Notes: a model not told the origin generated them from the letters alone. 64,000 bases of DNA from an uncultured Spirochaetota bacterium (GCA_963845535.1 CAWJSK010000014.1:96001-160000), one strand, 5' to 3'. Positions 47,329 to 59,128 are shown, counted from the stretch's first letter. Numbers and translations are program-made.

Positions 47329-49182
47329 CTACGGCTTCCTTGTCCAAGGAGGCTGCGATTGCGGCGTTGCAGGGACAGGTCGGTTGGCCTGTGGTGGCAT
47401 TTGAGGAGGACGGCTAACCTGGGGCGGCCTTGAAGGCATGGGAGCCATTGGTCGCCCCGCGCGCTGCTGACGATAGATTTGCGGCCATCTCTGCTGAGCA
47501 GCCGGCTGTCGGGGCGTCACACCTTGCGCAGAAGAACGCGGGAAGCTCGGTGAGGTTCTTTCGATGCGTCCTCCTGGTAGTCCGCGCGAAGAAGGAAATG
47601 GTTGGTTTCCCCTGACTTGTCCTTGAGGCACGAGGGATGGTTGTCCACCCCCTCTCGGATATCCTGGAGTCACGACTCGTACCTGCGGGCGAGAGGCGGG
47701 ACCCGATTGTCTCAAGGTGGCCATCGTTCTTGCATCAAGAGGTTGACCCGGATGAGCCAAAAGGGCTTGTTGACGCGATGCGAAAGGGACCGCCCGGGAC
47801 GGCGGAGTCAGTCGGGCCACCACGGGTCGGGACAGTACCGAAGCGGGAGGCTGAGCAACCGAGCCATGAGCAGCACCGAAGCCGCCGAGTAAACTCTCTT
47901 TCTGCGGAACCAGGGGCGCCACAGCCCCGCGCACCGGGGCTTGCACCATCTCGTTGTTGGAGAGCTGCAACGCGGCTTGCGATGTCGGCTGACCGCGCAC
48001 AAAGGCTTCTTCCGGCACAAAAGTTACCGCCCCAGGCACATTACGGTTCGCATAATTGAAGTGCTCGACATCAATGTTGTGCTGGCGCGTGCGATCACTC
48101 CGGTAGGGCGCGATATAGGGCTCATGCGGGCCAAGGGGAAACCAACCGATACTCCCCCCAGGGGCTTGCCCAGGACGCCAGCCTGCGCCGCCGATGAATG
48201 TCACTACCGCAGGTGCATAAACTGGATGACCGCGATGAGTCCCTGGCACCCACGCCCAAGCGTTGTTGCGAAATGCCCAGCGGCCGTAGTGGAAAGGAGC
48301 AAAACCCCAGGGAGCATCGTCGATCCAGGTCCAGCCCCAGGGATCCACCCAGACCCAGTGCCCGAAACGGTACGGCGCCCATCCTGCCACCACCGTCGGT
48401 GTCCACACTGGTCCATAATCCGCGTCATCACTCCAGCTTCCGTACTGGTCCAGGTCTTGGACCCCATCAACCTCATCGGGAGATACATACTGAGCTGAGG
48501 CTATGTGGTCTTCCTTCTGATCCCGTGCTTGGCACCACAGGTCCCAATCGTCAAGAGGGGGAGCACTGGCGACCTGGTAGGTTGGGGAATCAGCACCCGT
48601 GATCGTGACTTGTTGCTGCTGTCGCAGGGGGAATACAGAATTGCCTGCGGTTACTTCAATCTCTCCCGAGCGTGCCGTGACGGTTGTGTCTCCGTTTTGC
48701 TGAACATCAACCCGATAGCTACCGGCGCGAAGAAGCGAGAGGCTTGCATTCGGGGTGTCCACCTCGATCTCTTCGGTGGGGCCCAGGTGACGGAGGCGAA
48801 TGTCCAACGATCCTGTCGACAATCGAATCTGAATTGTCTGATCGTTCAGATTCAAGAAGGAAATCTCCGTGTTCGATGCAAGTCGGATGGCGGTCGAGCC
48901 CACATGGACTTCGGCCTGTCCATCTTGGTCTGCCCACAAAGAGTCCCCAATGGTCAAGGGATAATTCAGAGTCGCGGCGGCCCACTCTTGGACGCTTTCC
49001 AGGTGAAACGAGACAGTTCCGCTCATGTAGTTCAGGCGGCCCACTCGATTGGGCGGATTGGCAACCGCCGTTGCAGTTTCAGAGGTGACCGGGGCCGCCG
49101 GGGTATTGTCAGAAGCACCACCGGCAATCAATAGACTTACATTTACCAATGAAAACCACAAGATCCAAGGTAGCGTCTTCAT
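47329..49182 (-). CDS. FecR-like/DUF6600 exported protein with a Pro-rich tail
   Basis: NYPLTIGDSLW, EVDTPN, GSYRVDV, WAPYRFGHWVW, PWGFAPFHYGRW, GWFPLGP. Confidence 0.85.
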   Translation of the reverse strand: MKTLPWILWFSLVNVSLLIAGGASDNTPAAPVTSETATAVANPPNRVGRLNYMSGTVSFHLESVQEWAAATLNYPLTIGDSLWADQDGQAEVHVGSTAIRLASNTEISFLNLNDQTIQIRLSTGSLDIRLRHLGPTEEIEVDTPNASLSLLRAGSYRVDVQQNGDTTVTARSGEIEVTAGNSVFPLRQQQQVTITGADSPTYQVASAPPLDDWDLWCQARDQKEDHIASAQYVSPDEVDGVQDLDQYGSWSDDADYGPVWTPTVVAGWAPYRFGHWVWVDPWGWTWIDDAPWGFAPFHYGRWAFRNNAWAWVPGTHRGHPVYAPAVVTFIGGAGWRPGQAPGGSIGWFPLGPHEPYIAPYRSDRTRQHNIDVEHFNYANRNVPGAVTFVPEEAFVRGQPTSQAALQLSNNEMVQAPVRGAVAPLVPQKESLLGGFGAAHGSVAQPPASVLSRPVVARLTPPSRAVPFASRQQALLAHPGQPLDARTMATLRQSGPASRPQVRVVTPGYPRGGGQPSLVPQGQVRGNQPFPSSRGLPGGRIERTSPSFPRSSAQGVTPRQPAAQQRWPQIYRQQRAGRPMAPMPSRPPQVSRPPQMPPQANRPVPATPQSQPPWTRKP

Positions 49183-49449
49183 ACGCACCTCCTCATTGCT
49201 CGCTCTCATTCACTTTGCCTATCGAGGAGAAGAGGGGCACGAGTCTCGCTCGGTGGTAACCTTTTGAACTAATGATAGTGCTCGTCTTTTCCACCATCAA
49301 TAGATGGAAAGTTAAGAAGGGATAAAAATCGGTTATTTGAAACTAGTTCATGTGAACTCCAAAAAGAAAAAAACTGCGTTGCCTCCGGACCCGACCGCCG
49401 AGACCCAGGTTGGATCAAGGAGCGGGGCGCGCACCGACTTCGAGGCCCC

Positions 49450-52400
49450 TCACGGATGAGTTTTCGCCGGATCTCGATCAACCGCCCTTGGCTCTCGGTT
49501 TTGCTCCTCTTCCATGCGAGCCACTCGCTTGCGCTCGAAGAGGTAAAATGCCGCAGGGACTACAAAGAAGGTGAGCACGGCCGAAAGGAGGATTCCCCCC
49601 AGCATCACTATTCCCAGTTTCTGCCCGAACTCTGACCCTTCCCCCCTGCCGAGGATCAGCGGGAAGCTGATCACCAACACCGTCATCGTGGTCATGACGA
49701 TGGGTCGGAAGCGCAGCCGTGCAGACTCGGTGAGCGCTTGTACAAAAGGCATCTTGCCGATTCTCTCCACCACGAAGTCCAGGTACAGGATGGCGTTCTT
49801 CGCCGAGAGCCCGATCAGCATCAGCATGCCCATGACTCCGAAGATGTCCAGACTGCCGCCGATGAGATAGACCAGAACGAGCGCGCCGATCAGGGCAAGG
49901 GGCACGGGCAAAAGCAGATAGATGGGGTAGCGCCAGGAGTTAAACTGCGCTGCCATGACCAGGTACGCCAGGAAGAAGGCCAGAAGGAACGTCAGAGGGC
50001 CTGTCACCAGGAGCTGCTTGGCGAGGGCTACCTGGTTGAAATGACCAGCTGGGCCTAAAGCCATACTTTCGTCCAGCAATCCGGCCTTTGTGAGATCCGC
50101 TTGGACACGGTTCAGGACGGACAGGGCCGGAGGAGCATCCGGGCTCATGGTGATCGTGAGGTTTCCCGTGTATTCGCGATTGTATCGGTTAAAGGTGACG
50201 GGAGCCTGATTCAGGACAAACCTTCCCAACTGGCCCACCTGAACGGTGGTCTGCAACAGCGGTGCGTAAATGGGTAGGTTAGCAAGAGACTGCACTCCTG
50301 AAAGATTCGTCGGATCGACTTGCACTTGGATGGGGTAGCTGAGACCGCCGGTGACGACGGTGGAGGCCTGCACCCCTGAGGCGTATGTCTGCAGGTCCGC
50401 CGCCACCATCTCAGGAGTGATCCCCGTTCCGATTATACGTGCAGGATCGGGAGTGAAATCCGTTTCGATCGACGTGTCGGACAAAGTGGAATAGGCAGCC
50501 TCGATCCAGGGATTGCGCTTCAGTACCTGCAGCATTTTATTGTTACGATTATTGAGAACGGTAAGATCGGGCCCAACCACGCTCAGCGAGAGAGTCGAAC
50601 CTGCTGATCCAAATCCGCCCCCCGCGCTGAGAAAGATATTGGAGGAAGGCTGATTGCGGAAAAGAGCCACGATGGCTCGTCGGTAGCGCGGGATAAGCTG
50701 GAAGACGTTCTTGCGCTGCGAGATGGGGACGAGCTGAACGGTGATGTTGCCTGTGTTGTCACCCGAGAAGATACCTGACAGCCCGTTGGGGCTGCTCCCG
50801 ATGATCGACTGGACGGTGTCCACCTCCGGCTGCTTGGAGAGGTAGGACTCAATCCATCCCACGTTTTCATTCGTCACTTCCAGCGGCGTCCCGGGGGAGT
50901 TACGGACGTAGATAAGCATCACCCCCGCGTCCGTGTTCGGCACGAAGTTGAACGGAATCCGTGGCCCGATGAGAACACCCAGCAGGACTATCGCCCCGGC
51001 AGACCCCGCGAGTACCCAGAGACTGCCGCGCAGCACTCTGGCAAGCGAATTGGCGTAGCGGTCCCGTACCCACTCAAGCCCTGCCTCGGTCCAGCCGTGA
51101 AAGAGCGTTGTCAGCGCCTGCAGGAAGGAAAGACCAACGCCGCCGGCCCAGTAGATCAGCCCGAGAGCAACGGGATAGGCTGCGAGTGCGAGAAGGTACA
51201 GGGGCTTGTGCGTCAGGACAAGGATCAAGACTGCAGCCACAAGCCCCACGATGATTCCGAACGCCTTTCGCCAACTCTTCAGGCCCCACCGGATGGCCTC
51301 CGGCAGTCGAAGCACGCTGTGCAGGAAATCCCCCCACGTCTGGAACCGAGACTCGGGGGTGTATGCAAGACGCACGGTGAGGAAAAGCACGGCCTCCAGG
51401 AGCGAGAAGGCAACCGCGGCTGCCAGTCCCAGGGAGAACTGCTGGATGTACGCGCCGATGAAGCCTCCGATGAAGCTCACCGGGAGAAGCACTGCGAGAA
51501 GCGACAGGGTGGCCGCAACCACGGCGCTGAACACCTCGCTGGCGCCCCGCAGGACCGACTCCTTCAGGTTGTAGCCCATCGCGATGTAGCGGTCCACGTT
51601 CTCCGAAACGACGATGGAGTCATCCACGACGATTCCTATCGCGGTGATCAGCGCCAGCAGCGAGACTTGGTTCAGGGAGAACCCGGCCATGCGGTAGAGG
51701 AGCGGCGAAGCGGAAAGGGCGATGGGGATGGCGAGAATCACCGAAAACGCGGTGTTCAGCTTTCCCAGGAACAAAAGCACGATGATTGCTACAACCAGAG
51801 CCGTGATGAAAAGCTCGTGGTATGTGGCGTTCACCGATGCCTTGATGGGCGTGGTGGTGTCGTTGCTGTAGTCGACCATCCATCCCTTCGGCAGCTGGGT
51901 CTTCTGCATCAACGCCTTGACCCGGTCAACCACTGCTGTGGCGTTGGAATTGGTGGTTCTCTGGACAGAGAGGAGCACCTCGGGATTGCCGTTGACCCGG
52001 GCGTAATCGGTGTTAGAGGCAGCACTGAAATTCGGCCACACGGTCCCAACTTCATCCACGCGGATGCCCCGCGAGGAATCCACGACGATACTGCCGATTT
52101 GCTGTGCATCAGCTGGCTGGTTCTGTGTCTGGAAGGTCAGGTCGTTCTGGTTCTTGACGATAGTCCCGATAGGCATGTTGAAGGCCGAGTTGGTGATCGC
52201 GCTCACCACGTCCTGGGCGCGCAGGTTGTAATAGCGCAGGATATCTGGCTTGAGCAGGACGCTGAACTGCTTGGTCGGCGCTCCGTCGAGGAGCACCGTG
52301 GCCACGCCCTCCACGCGTTCGATGGCCGGCCCCAAGACGTTCGTCACGTAGTCGCTGATGTCGGTGAGGCTCACTCCTTGGCCGAACAGCCCGAACTGGA

Positions 52401-53340
52401 GAATGGGGGCGGAGTTGGGGTCGAAGGTTTCGATGGTGGGCGCCGTGATGTTCTTCGGCAGGGTGCTGATGGCGGCAGACACCGCAGTGGCGACCTGGTT
52501 GGCATCTGCGTACTTGTCCGTGCTCGGGTCGAAAAGGAAAAACGTCAGGCCCAGGCCCTGGGAACTTCGGGAGTTGACGTCTGTGATGCCTTCAACCGTC
52601 GACACAGCATTCTCGATGACCTGAGTGACCTGCAGATCCATGACGCCAGGGGTCGCTCCCGGATAGACGGTCTTTACGACGACGGCAGGAATCTGAATGT
52701 CGGGCAACTAGTACCGCAGCACGTCCGGCTTGAGCAGGACAGTGAACTGCTTGGTCGGCGCCCCGTCGAGGAGCACCGTGGCCACGCCGTCCACGCGCTC
52801 GATGGCCGGCCCCACGACGTTTGTCACGTAGTCGCTGATGTCGGCGAGGTTCACTCCTTGACCGAAAAGACCAAACTGGAGCACAGGAGCGGAGTTCGGG
52901 TCAAAGGTTTCGATGGTAGGCACCGTGATGTTTTTCGGCAGGGTGCTGATGGCGGCAGACACAGCAGTGGCCACCTGGTTGGCATCCGCGTACTTGTCCG
53001 TGCTCGGGTCGAAAAGAAAAAACGTCAGGCCCAGGCCCTGGGAACTTCGGGAGTTGACGTCGGTGATGCCTTCAACCGTCGAGACCGCATTCTCGATGAC
53101 CTGAGTGACCTGCAGATCCATGACGCCGGGAGTCGCCCCCGGGTAGACGGTCTTTACGACGACGGCAGGAATCTGAATGTCGGGCAACAGGTCGATGCCA
53201 AGGCTTCTGAGGGAGATGAGGCCGAAGACCGCCACCGCGACGAAAATACCGATGGCTAACACGTAGCGGGTGACCGAAAAACTGACCAGCGGGTTGATCT
53301 TGCTGAAAATCTTGGCCTCGTAGTTTCGCAGCGTGTTCAT
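49450..53340 (-). pseudogene. AcrB/SwrC-type RND permease interrupted by an in-frame 480-bp duplication with a TAG at 52708-52710
   Basis: TVYPGATP, GIVVDDSIVVSEN, SAKNAIL, RFRPIVMT; the two track ORFs share one frame. Confidence 0.85.
52229..53188. repeat. Tandem direct repeat, 2 x 480 bp, about 92% identical
   Basis: 52229-52708 versus 52709-53188 align without gaps; about 39 mismatches counted by eye. Confidence 0.95.
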
Positions 53341-53479
53341 CGTATTCGTCCCTTTTCTGTCACCCGGAAAAGGTACTAATAACGTCCCCTCATGGTGAGA
53401 TTGGAGTCAACCCTTATGCGACTCTGACCTGTAAAGGCCAACCCGCGATGAAAGCGGAGGTCGGCACGGGTATGAGGCA

Positions 53480-53620
53480 GTGCTGAGGGATAGAAAGGTT
53501 CACACGAAGACCTGGTCACGTCATGACGAGGTGACTTCCGACCTGGCCGACCTGCCGCCATCCGGCTTTCTCGAAGGCCTTCACGGCCTCCTTGCCGGAT
53601 ATGTTTGAAAGCAGGCTCAT
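53480..53620 (-). pseudogene. hicA: HicA-family toxin pseudogene
   Basis: Manual translation MSLLSNISGKEAVKAFEKAGWRQVGQVGSHLVMT*PGLRVNLSIPQH; GSH motif, TGA at 53516-53518, C-terminus not recognisable. Confidence 0.75.
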
Positions 53621-53696
53621 TGCCAAACTAGCCTACGTTCATCGCTCAAGCGTTGCACAAGCCATCAAGCGCCTGGAAGCTCGAGGCTATCTCAGG

Positions 53697-54921
53697 CTAC
53701 GCTCCCGCCTCCAGCCTCTTGATGAGCTCCGGCACCACCTGGAACAGGTCTCCCACAATGCCGTAGTGGGCAATATCGAAGATGGGCGCGTTGGGATCAG
53801 AGTTGATGGCGATGATCATATCGGAGGCCTTCATGCCAGCCAGGTGCTGGATGGCGCCGCTGATGCCGCAGGCGATATAGACGGTGGGCTTCACCGTCTT
53901 CCCCGTCTGCCCGACCTGGTGCGAGTACGGAATCCAGCCGGCATCCACGGCAGCGCGGGAGGCGCCCACCGCGCCGCCGGTGGCAAGGGCGAGCCTCTCG
54001 ATGAGTGAGAAGTTCTTCGGGTCCTTGATTCCGCGGCCGCCGGAGACGATGACGTCCGCCTCCACCAGGTTGACTGTGGCGGTCTTCTCTTCCACGAACT
54101 CCAGGAACTCCAGCTTCGAGTGCGGAGACCGGAATGTGCTTCAGCTCGATCACTTTTCCCTTCGGGTCGGACACCTTCTCCGCCGGCGTCATCACCTTGT
54201 GGCGCACGGTGGCCATCTGCGGCCTGTGGTTCTGCGTGAGGATGGTGGCCATGATGTTGCCGCCGAACGCGGGCCTTGTCTGCTTCAGGAGCTGGGTTTC
54301 CCGGTCGATGCTGAGCTCCGTGCAGTCCGCGGTGAGGCCGGTCAGGATGCGGGCGGCAACGCGCGGCAGGAGAGACCTCCCCACCACGGTGCCTCCGCCC
54401 AGGAACACCTCGGGCTTCTTCTCCAGCAGGATCTCGGAGACGAGGTCCGCCTGCACGTCCTCATCGAAGTCTCCGATGGCCGGGTTGTCGATCATCCAGA
54501 TCTCGTCGACCCCGTACGACAGAAGCTCGTCGGTGAACGCCTGCACGCCGTTTCCCACGAGGATGGCGCTCACCGGTGGATGCGCGCTGCTTTGCCAGCT
54601 CCCGGGCGGCACCGATGATCTCAGGCACCACGGAAGCGATCCTGCCTCTGCCGGTGCTCGGCAAAGATGGCGATCCCCGGAATATGTCGTCACGTCCTGG
54701 CCCTTGAAGGTCCTGCGCGTGATGACGATGGCGTTGTAGCGCTTGCACGCTTCCACGCAGGCGCCGCAGAGCGTGCACTTGCCCAGGTCGATGACGGCCG
54801 TGTTGCGGTCTGTCCTTCCCTCGACCAGCGGCCCTGTCAGAGTGATGGCCTCGTAGGGGCATGCCTTGACGCAGAGCTTGCAGCCTACGCAGTTCTGCGT
54901 AATGACGCGGATGGGATCCAT
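53697..54921 (-). CDS. etfA: Electron transfer flavoprotein alpha subunit with N-terminal 2x[4Fe-4S] ferredoxin domain (apparent frameshifts)
   Basis: [12 protein letters not shown] and [54 protein letters not shown]. Confidence 0.9.
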
Positions 54922-54931
54922 GGTGAGTCCT

Positions 54932-55737
54932 CTACTTGCCGCTCTTGCGGATGGAGATGCCCGGCCGTGGTGAGCTCGCTGAGAAGCGCGCCCACGGTGA
55001 CCGCCGGCTCGCCGGTGAACTTCTTGCCGCCGGAAGGCCGGGCAGGCGTGAAGATCTTCATCACCTGTGTCGGAGACCCGTTCGAGCCCGAGACGCTGGA
55101 CGTCCGCCTCGATGTCCGCGGCTTTCAGGACCGGAATCTCGGCTTTCTTTGCCGCGAGCTTCCCTTTGAGCGAGGGGAGGCGGGGGTTGTTGATCTCCTT
55201 CACCACCGTCAGCACCACGGGCAGGCGAGCGGCAAGCCGCGCATAGCCTTCCTCCAGCAGACGCTCCACGACGATGCGGGAGTCCGTGATCTCCTCGATC
55301 TTGCGGATGTCCGTGATGTGAGGGATGCCAAGGTTCTCCGCGACTCCCGGCCCGACCTGGCCGGTGTCCCCGTCGATGGCCTGCCGTCCCATGAGGATGA
55401 TGTCCGCGCCGCCCAGCTTGCGGACCGCGCAGGCAAGGGCGTAGGCGGTTGCCAGGGTGTCAGCGCCTGCAAAAGCCCGGTCGGAGACGAGGTACGCGTT
55501 GTCAGCGCCCAGGGCTATTGCGTCGCGAAGAGCGCTCTCCGCCTGGGGCGGGCCCATGGTGATGACGGTGACCGTTCCGCCATGCTTTTCCTTCAGGCGG
55601 ACGGCTTCCTCCAGGGCGTAGACATCGAAAGGATTGATGATGGACTGCACCCCTTCGCGCACCAGGGTGTTGGTTTCCGGGTTGATGCGCACGTTGGTGG
55701 TATCAGGCACCTGCTTGATGCAGACAAAGACCTTCAC
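54932..55737 (-). CDS. etfB: Electron transfer flavoprotein beta subunit (apparent frameshift near 55075)
   Basis: CIKQVPD, NPFD, FAGADTLAT, GRQAIDGDTGQVGP. Confidence 0.93.
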
Positions 55738-55747
55738 GGCCGAACCC

Positions 55748-56933
55748 TCACTTCTTTGCGGCGGCTGCGCCCCGGGCGGCGCCCCGCACGCTTTCCTTGA
55801 TCAGGTTCAAGGCAATCACTTCGCGCTGGATCTGGTTGGTGCCTTCGTAGATCTGCGTGATCTTGGCATCCCGCATCATCTTCTCAACGGGGTATTCCTT
55901 CATGTAGCCGTAGCCGCCGAAGACCTGCACGGCATCCGTGGTCACCTTCATGGCGGTGTCGGATGCAAAGACCTTGGCCATGGCGGACATGCGTGAGACG
56001 TCCTTGTCCCCCGCGTCGATGCTGCGCGCCGCGGCATACGTCAGGGCCCGGGCGGCTTCCACCTGCGTGGCCATGTCGGCAAGGAGGAACTGCATCCCCT
56101 GGAAGGAGGAGATGGGCTTGCCGAACTGCTGGCGTTCACGGGAGTACTCGATTGCCTTGTCCAGCGCCCCCTGCGCGATCCCCACCGCCTGCGCCGCAAC
56201 GCCCGGCCGTGACTGGTCCAGCGTGCGCATGGCGACAAGGAACCCCATGCCTTCCTTGCCCAGGAGATTGCTCTTGGGAACCCGGCAGTCCTGGAAAACG
56301 AGCTCGCGCGTGGCGGACGCCCGGATGCCCATCTTGTTTTCCTTCTTGCCGAACTCGAACCCGGGGGTCCCTTTCTCCACCAGGATGGCGGAAGACCCGC
56401 GCACTCCGCGGGTAGGGTCCGTGAGGGCAATCACGGTGTAGATGGAGGCCTCCCCGCCGTTTGTGATCCACTGCTTGGTGCCGTTGATCACGTAGGAATC
56501 ACCGTCCAGGCGCGCCGTGGTCTTGATCCCCGCGGCATCGCTTCCCGCGTTGGGCTCCGTGAGCCCGAAAGCGGCAAGGACCTCTCCCGACGGCGAGGCG
56601 CGGAAGGTATTTCTTCTTCTGCTCATCGGTCCCGAACAGGATGATGGGGATGGTGCCCAGAGCCGAGGCGGCGTAGGAAAGGGAAATCCCGCCGCAGGCC
56701 CGCGAGAGCTCCTCCACGGCGAGGCACATCTCGAAGCAGCCCCCGCCGAGGCCTTCGTATTCCGCGGGGATGAACACGCGGTAGAGATCCGCCTTCCCCA
56801 TGGTCTGCACAACGTCCCAGGGGAACTCCGCTGATTCGTCCAGCTCCGCCGCAATGGGGGCGATTTTTTCGCGCGCAATCTGAGCGGCCAGATCACGGAT
56901 CATGGTCTGCTCTTCGGTGAGGAAATAGTTCAC
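55748..56933 (-). CDS. Acyl-CoA dehydrogenase, butyryl-CoA dehydrogenase-like (apparent frameshift near 56590)
   Basis: [41 protein letters not shown]. Confidence 0.93.
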
Positions 56934-57029
56934 GTGGGGTCTCCTCTTGTCGGACAATCTTTACTGTTTAGGTATGCTTTATTCTGCCCTACGGAGGCAG
57001 GGTCGTCAAGAGGGGGGCGGTGAACACGT

Positions 57030-57791
57030 ATGACACTTTCCGATCTGGACAGATGGATGCGGGGGTTCCTGGACCTCGCGGCATTCGATGCCATAGATCA
57101 CAGCCGCAACGGGCTGCAGGTGGCCAGCAGGGCTTCTGAGGTGACCAAGGTGGCTTTCGCCGTGGACGCATCGCTGGAAAGCTTCAGAAGGGCCATCGAG
57201 TGGGGCGCCCAGGTGCTCTTTGTTCACCACGGCATCCTGTGGGACAGGCCAGAGCGCGTGGTTGGCGCGTTCTATGAGCGCCTCAGCGCGCTCATCCAGG
57301 GCAACCTCGCCCTGTACGCGGCGCATCTGCCCCTGGATCAGCATCCGGAGGTCGGGAACAACATCGGGATCGCCCGCCATCTGGGTCTCGTGAACATCCA
57401 GCCTTTTGGCGCCTACAGGGGAATCAAGATTGGATACAAAGGGACCCTTGCGGCCCCCGCGCGCCTGGACGAGGTGGTCTTCCGCCTTTCCGGAAGGCAG
57501 GGCGAGCAGATGAGGACCCTCCCCTTCGGTCCGGAGCTGATCAGTACGGTGGGGATCGTGTCCGGCGGGGCCGCGCGGGATGTTGCCCAGGCGGTGGATG
57601 AGGGTCTGGACCTGTACGTCACCGGGGAGCCGCTGCACGACATCTACCACCATTGCCTCGAGTCACACATCCATGTTATCTTTCCCGGACATTACCAGTC
57701 AGAATCTTTCGGGGTCAGATCGCTCAGCGTAAGGCTTGCCCGGGACACCGGGCTGGATACCACGTATGTCGACGTTCCCACGGGGTTGTAG
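57030..57791 (+). CDS. Nif3-like dinuclear metal-centre protein
   Basis: NGLQV, VHHG, HLPLDQH, GHYQSE. Confidence 0.92.
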   Translation: MTLSDLDRWMRGFLDLAAFDAIDHSRNGLQVASRASEVTKVAFAVDASLESFRRAIEWGAQVLFVHHGILWDRPERVVGAFYERLSALIQGNLALYAAHLPLDQHPEVGNNIGIARHLGLVNIQPFGAYRGIKIGYKGTLAAPARLDEVVFRLSGRQGEQMRTLPFGPELISTVGIVSGGAARDVAQAVDEGLDLYVTGEPLHDIYHHCLESHIHVIFPGHYQSESFGVRSLSVRLARDTGLDTTYVDVPTGL

Positions 57792-57818
57792 ATGCTGTTG
57801 AACGTGCAGAAAAGAGAC

Positions 57819-58330
57819 ATGAAGCCTCGCCTCGTTTCGCTGGTCCTCACGGCGGGGATCATCATCCTGGACCAGGCGACGAAGCTCATCGTCTCACTCT
57901 CCATCCCCCGGGGACGGAGCGTGACGGTGATCGATGACTTTTTCCGCATCATCCACGTGCAGAACCCTGCAATCGCGTTCAGCATCGGCCGGAACCTCGC
58001 TGCAGGGACGCAGAGGACCCTCTTCGGCCTGCTCCCGCTTCTGGTCATCGTGCTTCTGTTCCTCTACTACCTGTTCACCAGGGAGCAGCTCACCGGCTTT
58101 CAGAGATGGACGTTCGCCGCGCTTTTGGGCGGCGGGCTGGGAAACTACGTGGATCGGATCTTCCGCCCGGCCGGCGTGGTGGACTTCCTGGATTTCCGCT
58201 TCTACGGAATCCTGGGGATGGAGAGATGGCCCACTTTCAACCTTGCGGATGCCACCGTGGTGGTGTCCGGGCATCCTCCTCTTCATCTCTTTCCTCATTC
58301 CGTCGCGGTCCGCGGGAGGAAGCGAAATGA
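57819..58330 (+). CDS. lspA: Lipoprotein signal peptidase (apparent frameshift near 58270; end approximate)
   Basis: LDQATK, NPAIAFS, GNYVDR, VVDFLD, FNLAD. Confidence 0.9.
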
Positions 58331-58593
58331 CCTCCGGCTCGAAGATGGTGCTCTTCTTCCTTGCCGCCACGGTCTTCAACCTGGCCGTCATGGCCGCGCT
58401 CATCGTGATCTTCTTTCTCCTTGCAGCCCTTGTGCCCGTCAATGCGCTGCGGATCGCCCTCGTCTTCATCGGGCTGATCGCCTCCATCGTGCTCACCTTC
58501 ATGATTTACGCATGGGTCATGAAGAAAGTGTCGACGCGGTTCGAGCTGGAGAAACACATACCCCAGCTCTTCAAGGGCAAGAGAAAGGGCTGA
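58327..58593 (+). CDS. Small two-TM protein downstream of lspA
   Basis: ATGA at 58327; MTSGSKMVLFFLAATVFNL...FELEKHIPQLFKGKRKG. Confidence 0.7.
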   Translation: MTSGSKMVLFFLAATVFNLAVMAALIVIFFLLAALVPVNALRIALVFIGLIASIVLTFMIYAWVMKKVSTRFELEKHIPQLFKGKRKG

Positions 58594-58611
58594 AAGACTT
58601 TCGGAGGAAAC

Positions 58612-59128
58612 ATGGACTTCAGGGACGTCATCTGCGGGAGGGAAAGCGTTCGCAGCTATGACCCGACCAGGCCGGTGGACAAGCTCGTCCTGGAGCGGAT
58701 CCTGGAGGCGGGCCGCGTGGCCCCGTCTGCGGCCAACAAGCAGCCCTGGCGGTTTCTCCTCGTCTCCTCCCGTGAGAATCTCCTGAAGCTGAAGAAATGC
58801 TACTCTCGAACCGTGGTTCCAGGACGCGCCGCACGTGCTCGTGGTTGTCGGCAAGGTCGGGGACGCCTGGACCCGGCAGGACGGCTACAACTCCATCGAG
58901 ACCGACGTTGCAATCGCCATGGATCACCTTATCCTTGCCGCGGAGAACGAGGGCGTCGGGACCTGCTGGATTGCCGCCTATGACCCCACCGTCCTGCGCT
59001 CCGCCCTCGGCCTGACGGCGGACGAGCGCGTGTACACCATACCCCCCTGGGGTATCCGAGAGCAGGGTACTGCAAGAAAAATACGCAAGGAGAGAAAGAC
59101 GCTGGCAGAGGTTGTCACGTACCTGTGA
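58612..59128 (+). CDS. Nitroreductase family protein (apparent frameshift near 58810)
   Basis: RESVRSY, APSAANKQPWRF, DVAIAMDHLILAA, GTCWI. Confidence 0.88.

Noticed and set aside
52708..52710. Pyrrolysine or programmed amber read-through in the RND gene
   Set aside because: The TAG is fully explained by the duplication junction, and no pyl genes are in the window
8436..53259. Long antisense ORFs such as 9483-11186 +, 12916-14136 - and 51097-53259 +
   Set aside because: Shadow frames of well-supported genes in GC-rich DNA, with no recognisable motifs
53592..53723. Plus-strand HTH-like ORF and a 14/17 inverted repeat encoding IKRLEA on both strands
   Set aside because: The ORF runs antisense into etfA, has no RBS and overlaps the hicA relic; the repeat is short and could be chance
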